A stretch of DNA of 64,000 nt, taken from NCBI GenBank assembly GCA_046292385.1, contig JBKBRF010000020.1, positions 52,090 to 116,089 of the forward strand, written 5' to 3'. The translations under genes and the position numbers were made by a program. The stretch is from Armatimonadota bacterium. Lineage in GTDB: Bacteria; Armatimonadota; SYMT01. This document shows, piece by piece, positions 57,520 through 64,000 of the stretch. The notes beneath the pieces were generated by a model. It saw only the letters and a list, made by a program, of their open reading frames with translations, did no database searches and had not been told where the DNA came from. Every line of letters begins with the position of its first letter. Positions within the stretch are counted from its first letter, which is position 1.

Positions 57520-59121
57520 TCAGTTGTCGACCAGCACCTTCTTCACGAGCGAAACCACCACGCCTCCCATGGCGTCGAGACCGCGGATCGTCACCAGGTG
57601 CTCGCCGTTCGGCACGCCGGTGGTATCCCAGTCCCACTCGTACGGCGGGACGTTGGTGATGGTGGTCTGCACGCCGTTCAGCAGGAACGAGACGAAGGTG
57701 ATGCCTTCTCCCTCTACACTGGCGGCGATGGTGACCTGCCCGCGCTGCGGCTCCGCCTCTAGCGGCGTGGTGGCGAGGGCGATCCGGCGCTCGAACGTGT
57801 CGAGCGGCACCGTGCCGAACGAGAGGCGGAGGTGCGTGATCCCGTCCTTCACTTCCCGGCCTTCGCCCAGCGCCTTGCGGAGTGCCGGAGCCAGCTCTTC
57901 CTCGGTGAGCGCGCCGCGCAAATCCGGCAGCGGCTCCCACTCGCCGCCATCGATGCGGACGTCGACCCGCGTGGGCCGGGTGTCGAGCGGGTCCCCGCTG
58001 GAGAGGAGCGCGGGCAGGGAGAAGAGCGGGGAAATCGCGGGCGCACCCTCGCCTTTCGGCGCCTCCACCAGGATCTGGGAGGCGGGGTTGGTCGTCCCCG
58101 TCAGCTCCGGCTCCGCCGGCTGGATGACGAAGCCGCCGCGCTGCTCCCCGAGCTGTCCGTTCTCGTCCAGCAGCCGCGCGCGACCGGCCGTGGCGACCAT
58201 CACCGCGGTAGGCGACCAGCCGACCACTGCGCCGGAGCCGGCCTGCTCGGTGCCGGTGTACCGTCCGATCCCGCGCAGCGGCTGCTTCACCGTGCCGAGG
58301 CTGCGCGGCATGCCGCCGGCGGCCGTCAGGGTCACCACCCCGCCCTCCCGGTTCTCCAGCGTCACCACCGCCGGATCGCCCGGCTCCGGCCGGGGCACCA
58401 CGATGAGCAAACGGTCCTCACGAGCCGGCTGGTAGTCGGCGGGGAGAGAAATCGCGCCTCCCGGAGATTCCAGGAGGACGCGGCTGCCCGGCGTGGGAGC
58501 GAGCAAGCGGAAGAGGGAGCCGCCCGCCGGAATGGTGGTGGAGATCGCGGCGCGGCTCGGCTCCGTGCCGGCGGCGAGGATGCGCAGCGCCCGGAGCGCG
58601 CCCTTGGCCCCGGGGACCCGGATCAACAGGTGGTCCGCCGCGACTCCTGCCACGGAGCTGGGACGGGCGACGTCGAGCGGCTTCGGAGAGACGAGCACCG
58701 CGTTCGCGGCGCGGGCGACCTTGCCGAGCGGCTGCCAGTGGATCCCGGCGTCGGCGCTCACTTCCACGGCGGCGCCGGGAGAGTTGATGACTCGCACCCG
58801 GTAGAGCTCCGGCTGCGGGCTCTCCGGCTCGGCGAGCTCTTCCTCCGCCGCGGCGGGAGTCTCGGCCTGCTTCTTCTCCGGCGCGGGCGCCGGCTTGGCG
58901 GCGGCGGGCTTGCGCGGAGCGGGACGAGCGGGAGCCGGCCGCCGCTGGGCCTCCGCGGAGAGCGGCAGGCCCAGCGCCAAGCCGAGGAGCGAAAGCGCCG
59001 TCAGGAGCCGTCGCGGAAGGCGCGCAGCACCTTCTTGGTCTGCTGGATTGCTTCGATCAGGCCCGGAACGTCGTGCGGGGCCCGCCGGGGCGCGGTAAAG
59101 ACTTCGTTGAGGATGTTCCAC
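57520..59121 (-). CDS. Secreted hypothetical protein with C-terminal bacterial Ig-like domain (start uncertain)
   Basis: Signal-like LLTALSLLGLALGLPLSAEA-Q; C-terminal PPYEWDWDTTGVPNGEHLVT. Confidence 0.7.
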   Translation of the reverse strand: MEHPQRSLYRAPAGPARRSGPDRSNPADQEGAARLPRRLLTALSLLGLALGLPLSAEAQRRPAPARPAPRKPAAAKPAPAPEKKQAETPAAAEEELAEPESPQPELYRVRVINSPGAAVEVSADAGIHWQPLGKVARAANAVLVSPKPLDVARPSSVAGVAADHLLIRVPGAKGALRALRILAAGTEPSRAAISTTIPAGGSLFRLLAPTPGSRVLLESPGGAISLPADYQPAREDRLLIVVPRPEPGDPAVVTLENREGGVVTLTAAGGMPRSLGTVKQPLRGIGRYTGTEQAGSGAVVGWSPTAVMVATAGRARLLDENGQLGEQRGGFVIQPAEPELTGTTNPASQILVEAPKGEGAPAISPLFSLPALLSSGDPLDTRPTRVDVRIDGGEWEPLPDLRGALTEEELAPALRKALGEGREVKDGITHLRLSFGTVPLDTFERRIALATTPLEAEPQRGQVTIAASVEGEGITFVSFLLNGVQTTITNVPPYEWDWDTTGVPNGEHLVTIRGLDAMGGVVVSLVKKVLVDN

Positions 59122-60755
59122 CAGTTGTATTGCTCGATGTAGACCAGGTCGAAGAGCATCACGCCCTGGCTATGGTTGCGGGCCGCCTCCAGCGCCTTCC
59201 GGAACGCCTCCGGGTTCCCCTGGTAGTCGATCAGGTAGAGCCCGGCGTAGACGAAGCTGGCGTCGTTTACCGCCCGGACGGAGGTCTCCGCCGCCGCCTG
59301 CACCGTCCGGTCTTCCGGCAGTCCCAGCCGCCGGGCTTCTTCTCGGGTGGCGACCGGGTAGTAGCAGCCGGTCGTGATCCAGTTGAGCAGGTTGGCGTAG
59401 CCGGTCTTGTTGAACTCCGGGCTCATCCAGTCCAGGCCGGCGTGGTAATCGGTCGCGCCCCAGTTGACGCCCACGTGGTAGTAGTCCGGGTACCAGGAGC
59501 CGACGTAGACCGCCAGTCCCATGGTCCGTCGCACGCGCTGGACGACCTGCTTCGCCTCTTCCAGGAAGGTGCGGATGTTTTGCGCGCGCCACTCCAGCCA
59601 CTGCTTGTAGTAGGGACCCTGCACCAGCGGACGGCCCGGAACCGGGTCGTAGGCGTAAACGTCGTGCGGGAACCGCTCCAGCTTCTTGCCCAGCCACTCC
59701 TCGAAGAGCTGCCGGGAGAGCGGCGAGAAGTCGGTCCGCAAGCTCGCATACCGCATCCGGTCCAGCACCAGCCCGTCCAGCGCGTACTTGTTCGCCAGCT
59801 CCTCGATGATCCGGAGCATGTACTTCCGCGACTCGGGGTTGGCGGGGTTCACGAACGCGCCGACCAGCTCCGACGGGGAGTCGAGGATCGGCTGGAGGAG
59901 GTCCCGGGCCGTGTACGTTAGAGCATTGCCGACGTGGATATGTTCCAGAAGCCAGCGGGCGCCGTCCCCACGGCCGATCAGGACGTAACCGTTCTCCGGC
60001 GCGGAGACCGGCGTTCCCATCGCCGCGGAGCCGAGGATCACGGAGGAGACCGCCTCGCCGGTCACCACCACGGCGGCCTCGTCGTCCCGCAGCTTCCGCG
60101 GCTCCCGGTAGCGGGCATCGTAGGCCGCGATCTTGCCGTCTTCCGGACCCTGGTTCTCCGCTACGGAGAGGGTAACGGTGGCGCCGTCCGGCGCCGTCAG
60201 GGTCCGCTCCACGTCGTAGGTGATCGCCTGGAGCTCACGCTTCTCGTAGAGCGGCCCCACCTTCAGCAGCTTGTGCGCCTCCGAAAAGACGTTGACGGAG
60301 GCGTAAACGCGGATGCCGCGCCGCCGGCCTTCCAGCATCGCCAAGAAGAGCGGGTCGTGCCCCGCGGGGAAGCTCACGCCTTTCCACTCCGTCAGTCGCG
60401 GCGCGTGCTGGCTGTCGTAGAGCACGTGGCCGCTCAGCGGCTTCACGTCGAGCACCACCGTGTTGATGTTGGCGCGCTTCGACTTCTCGAAGATGTCCGC
60501 GATCCCCTCCCGGGTGGAGATCTTCGCCAGGTTTGCGGTCGCGTCGATCCAGAGGACGCGCGCCTCCAGCTCCGCCTGGCGGCTCACCGCGGTGGTCAGG
60601 GAGCCGTCTTCCTGCAGCGGAGCTCCCGGGAGCGGCTTCGGCGGAGGAGCGGTCGGCACGTCCGGATCCTGCTGCGCGTGGGCTGCAGTGCCGGAGAGCG
60701 AGGCGGCAAGCGCCAGCGACGGAAGCGCGAGGCGGCGAAGGAGAGAGGTCAGCAT
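59001..60755 (-). CDS. Glycosyl hydrolase-like 10 (DUF187) secreted protein
   Basis: EARVLWID, NINTVVLDVK, VNPANPE, YALDGLVLDRMRY, WLEWR and GVMLFD. Confidence 0.85.
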   Translation of the reverse strand: MLTSLLRRLALPSLALAASLSGTAAHAQQDPDVPTAPPPKPLPGAPLQEDGSLTTAVSRQAELEARVLWIDATANLAKISTREGIADIFEKSKRANINTVVLDVKPLSGHVLYDSQHAPRLTEWKGVSFPAGHDPLFLAMLEGRRRGIRVYASVNVFSEAHKLLKVGPLYEKRELQAITYDVERTLTAPDGATVTLSVAENQGPEDGKIAAYDARYREPRKLRDDEAAVVVTGEAVSSVILGSAAMGTPVSAPENGYVLIGRGDGARWLLEHIHVGNALTYTARDLLQPILDSPSELVGAFVNPANPESRKYMLRIIEELANKYALDGLVLDRMRYASLRTDFSPLSRQLFEEWLGKKLERFPHDVYAYDPVPGRPLVQGPYYKQWLEWRAQNIRTFLEEAKQVVQRVRRTMGLAVYVGSWYPDYYHVGVNWGATDYHAGLDWMSPEFNKTGYANLLNWITTGCYYPVATREEARRLGLPEDRTVQAAAETSVRAVNDASFVYAGLYLIDYQGNPEAFRKALEAARNHSQGVMLFDLVYIEQYNWWNILNEVFTAPRRAPHDVPGLIEAIQQTKKVLRAFRDGS

Positions 60756-60798
60756 GGAATAGTAGGACCGGGGCCGTCCGGCGGCCCCGGGGAAAGTG

Positions 60799-62673
60799 TT
60801 AAGAGCGGACGATCAGGGAAACCGGGTAGGCGGAGCCGCTGACCGGAATGCCCTGGATATTGATCTTCTTCCGGGCGCCGGGCGGAAGCTGGATGCTGAT
60901 CAGCTCGCTCTCCGCGGGCGGGGCGATCTGCGGCGCCTCCACCAGTTTCCCGTCGATCATAAAGACCCCGCGCGTCCAGCCCGCCTGGGCGGAGAGAAGC
61001 ACCTTGACCGTGCCCATCTGGTCGGTCGGGTTGGAGAGGTTCAGCGTGATGTCGTAGACGACGCCGTAGTTGCCGAGCAGCTTGCGCCGGGGCGACTTGC
61101 CGGTGATCGGCTCGCGGCCCATCGGGATGAAGGTCCAGTACTTGCTGCCGACCTCGTACTTGTGCTCGAGATACTTGTCCGGCGAGGGATAGGAGTGCGG
61201 CTCGTTGCGGGCGGCCGCCACCAGGTCGCCCCGGAGCGCCGGGCGGGAGGCGTCCGCGGAGACGCTCACCTGCACCACGAGCGGACCGCCCCGGACGATC
61301 CGGATGCCGTAGATACCGGAGACGGTGAGGAGCTTCTCCACCTTGGCCGCGAAGAGGCTCCGGGAGCCGCGCGCCGGCACCCGCGTCACGTAACCGAGGT
61401 CCCGCTTGGCGTTCGCCAGGTAGCGCTCGCCCGCGCGGTGTCCCACCTGGATCGTGTCGATGAACGGCCCGGAGACCCCCTCGATGATCTGCACGTCGAC
61501 CGGCTCGTCGCTCGGGTTGATCACGTGCACCTGGAAGTGGAACGGCCGGCCCATGCGGTTCTGGTGGTGGAAGAGCAGCCGCCCGGGACCGTTCGGCTCG
61601 ATCAGTCCTTCGAAGAGGGTGCCGTACTCCCGCACGCTCTCCGGGTCGTTGGAGTAGAGCAGGAGGTCGGTGCGCTGGTAGGGCAGCGGGGAGTTCTCCA
61701 CGCGGACCTGCGCCTTGGCGGTGACCGGTAGGAAACCTTCGCCCGAGATCGTGACCGGGAAGCTGACCGTGGCCGACTGGCCCGCCGCGAGGGCGCGGAC
61801 CCCCTCCGGCTCGCCGGTGACGCGCACCACCGTGCCCGGCTCGCGCTCCACCGCCTCCAGCACGCGCTCCACGGCCACCTTCTTCACGAAGGAGCCGGGC
61901 GCCAGGTCGCCGGTTACCGCGGCCTGCGGCGGCGCCACGATCCGTCCGGCCCACTTCTTCACCCAGCAGACGAGCTTGGCGCTCTTCCCGCCCACGCTGA
62001 CGGTCACGACCGCCTTGCCGGGGTTCAGGCCGCGGACCTCGAGGGCCTGCTTGCCTTCCACCTGCAGCACGTCGACCACGTCGGCCTGGTCGATGTCGAC
62101 CGTCACCTCGGAGCCGGTCGCCCCGCCGATCTCGACGGTCCGCGACTCTCCGACCGGAACCGTTACCTGGGTAGAGGTCGGGCCGCTCGGCGCCGGCTTG
62201 GGCGCGGCGGCTTTCTTCGACGCGGCGGGCTTCCCGGCCGCCGGCGCGGCCGCCGCGACCTGCTTCGCCGCGCTGCCTGCCGGCAGCGCCGCTTTCAGAT
62301 TGCCGGCCCAGCGCTCGGCGGTCTCCTTCGCGCTGATCTTCCGGGCTTCCGCCTCATCGGCCGTGGCGATCATCAGGAGCTGGTCGCCGGCGTAGACGCC
62401 CCAATCGGCGCCGCGGGCGCGGAGATTGATGGCGGCGGCGGTGAGGCCGTCCGGGATCATGGTTCGCAGGCGCTCCGCCGCGATCTCGGCGCGCCGCTCC
62501 GGCGAGGTGGTGCCGTTCGGGGTGCGGAAGTAGGCGATCAGCTTGCCGCCCACCGTCAGGCGAGTGCCTTCGTCGGTGGTGTTCGTCTCTACGGCAGGGG
62601 CAGCCGCGAGCGACGAGACAAGTAGGGCCGCCGCCGTCAGGCAGCCGGCAAGCGTGGAGATCCAGCTTCGCAT
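60799..62673 (-). CDS. Large secreted hypothetical protein
   Basis: GGAGG SD before the ATG at 62673, signal peptide, Ala/Pro/Lys linker, Ig-like region, LLYSNDPE and GNYGVVYDI motifs. Confidence 0.75.
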   Translation of the reverse strand: MRSWISTLAGCLTAAALLVSSLAAAPAVETNTTDEGTRLTVGGKLIAYFRTPNGTTSPERRAEIAAERLRTMIPDGLTAAAINLRARGADWGVYAGDQLLMIATADEAEARKISAKETAERWAGNLKAALPAGSAAKQVAAAAPAAGKPAASKKAAAPKPAPSGPTSTQVTVPVGESRTVEIGGATGSEVTVDIDQADVVDVLQVEGKQALEVRGLNPGKAVVTVSVGGKSAKLVCWVKKWAGRIVAPPQAAVTGDLAPGSFVKKVAVERVLEAVEREPGTVVRVTGEPEGVRALAAGQSATVSFPVTISGEGFLPVTAKAQVRVENSPLPYQRTDLLLYSNDPESVREYGTLFEGLIEPNGPGRLLFHHQNRMGRPFHFQVHVINPSDEPVDVQIIEGVSGPFIDTIQVGHRAGERYLANAKRDLGYVTRVPARGSRSLFAAKVEKLLTVSGIYGIRIVRGGPLVVQVSVSADASRPALRGDLVAAARNEPHSYPSPDKYLEHKYEVGSKYWTFIPMGREPITGKSPRRKLLGNYGVVYDITLNLSNPTDQMGTVKVLLSAQAGWTRGVFMIDGKLVEAPQIAPPAESELISIQLPPGARKKINIQGIPVSGSAYPVSLIVRS

Positions 62674-62960
62674 GCGGGTAAGTCCTCCGGCACGGTCGGG
62701 CGCGGACATGGTATCAAAGGCTTGCTGAGCGAATCAAGCAACGCCCCGGGCACCCGGCACGTGGGAACGGGAGCGGCGTCGGCGGCCACCGCCGCGGCGG
62801 GCGATGGAGACCACTCCCTTATGGTTTGTCGGCAGGCGCGAGCCCGCCGCCCAACTCGCGGCATGCCGGAGTCGCTCACTCTCTCGCTCACCCACTCAAG
62901 CACTCCAGGCCGGAAGATGTAGTTTATCCCGCCAGGCGGGAACCGCGGAGCAGCAAGCGC

Positions 62961-63710
62961 GTGCCGGACCAGACCCCCAGCCAGTTCACCGAGGTTGCCG
63001 AAGTCTACGACAGCCTGATGTCGGTGGTCCCGTACTCCTGGTGGGTGGAGTACGTCCGCGGCCTCTGGGCCCGCCACGGGGTGGAGCCGCACCGGGTGCT
63101 GGACCTGGCCTGCGGCACCGGAAACGTCACCCTGGAGCTGCTCAAGCGGGGATACAGCGTGGACGGCGTCGACGCCAGCGAGGGGATGCTCCGGATCGCG
63201 CGGCGCAAGCTGGGAGAGCGGGCCCGCCTGTGGCGCCAGGATGCCCGCGAGCTCGACCTCCCGCCGCCCCCGTACGACGCCTGCGTCTGCCTCTTCGACA
63301 GCCTCAACTACCTGCTGGAGCCGGGCGACCTCCGCCGCTGCTTTTCCGGGATCCGGCGTCACCTGCGGCCGGGAGGCATCCTGGTCTTCGACATGAACGC
63401 GATCCGCGCGCTGGAGTCCGGGATGTTCGACCAGCGCGGCACCGGCCGGGACGCGAGCCTGGAGTTCGAGTGGCACAGCGCCTGGGACCCCGCCAGCCGC
63501 CTCTGCACCATCCGGATGGAGTTCCGGGTCCACGAGGCGGAAGGCACCCGTGTCTTCCACGAGACGCACCTGCAGCGCGGTTACACCCGCGGCGAGATCA
63601 CCGGGGCGCTGGAAGAAGCGGGGCTCCGGCTCGTCGGCTTCTACGAGGCGTTCTCCACGCGCGAGCCGACTGCGAAGACGGACCGGTATCACGTAGTGGC
63701 GATGACGTGA
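62961..63710 (+). CDS. Class I SAM-dependent methyltransferase
   Basis: VLDLACGTG, GVDASEGML, FDSLNYL and LRPGGILVFD. Confidence 0.92.
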   Translation: MPDQTPSQFTEVAEVYDSLMSVVPYSWWVEYVRGLWARHGVEPHRVLDLACGTGNVTLELLKRGYSVDGVDASEGMLRIARRKLGERARLWRQDARELDLPPPPYDACVCLFDSLNYLLEPGDLRRCFSGIRRHLRPGGILVFDMNAIRALESGMFDQRGTGRDASLEFEWHSAWDPASRLCTIRMEFRVHEAEGTRVFHETHLQRGYTRGEITGALEEAGLRLVGFYEAFSTREPTAKTDRYHVVAMT

Positions 63711-63838
63711 GAGATTTTTCCGGGGGGCCACGCCGTCTCCGAGGATCCGACCCCGCGCCCCTTGGGCCCAGATACTGTTGGCGGAATCGGGAAGCTGCCC
63801 CGGATGCCCCGCTGGCGCGGGGCGCGAAAGCAAGCATT

Positions 63839-63915
63839 CGCACTCCACAGGCTAGCCCGGAAGAGATTCCCTCTCGTCGAAAGGGAGACTGCCGCGGTGC
63901 AGTCTGTGGAGTGCG
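63839..63915. repeat. 15-bp inverted repeat (REP-like)
   Basis: CGCACTCCACAGGCT versus AGTCTGTGGAGTGCG, 14/15 complementary. Confidence 0.65.
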
Positions 63916-64000
63916 GTGGCTGGTGTCGCACGCTGTAAGGTTGGGGCGCACGGAGCGCAGCGTAGGTTCTGCCGGTGAGGAAGAGCGGCCCTACCGTCCT

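Noticed and set aside
62798..62840. Fluoride riboswitch (GGCGATGGAG)
   Set aside because: The downstream TCGCC pairing and 3' consensus are absent.

Overview
GC-rich bacterial chromosomal window. Gene content and style suggest a Terrabacteria lineage such as Armatimonadota, but this is inference and was not verified. It is mostly core genes (tsf-pyrH-frr, prfC, tRNA-Cys, rplJ-rplL with an L10 leader, thpR-recA-recX-rny, an hfq-like gene, coaB, mutL, pdhABC). These are interleaved with metabolic and envelope accessory genes: two orphan solute-binding proteins, aldehyde dehydrogenase, GH26-like, transglutaminase, a hybrid kinase, an AOR-P450-FDH-redoxin run, three tandem paralogous membrane genes, an S8 protease and a GHL10 cluster. 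I saw no transposase, integrase, prophage, CRISPR array or defence system. The most unusual signals are non-coding. There are two long, heavily base-paired intergenic regions (about 12.06-12.43 kb and 17.07-17.55 kb) that I could not assign to a known RNA family. There are also several families of composite intergenic elements built from inverted short tandem repeats and dispersed palindromes. Notable coding features are a probable ATT start for rplJ, a 69-aa IxxNQxx coiled-coil microprotein, a divergent Hfq with a long Arg/Pro tail, a QPD J-domain protein, a secreted protein with tandem Sm-like repeats and three suspicious gene overlaps. All product calls come from motif recognition by eye; no database search was run.
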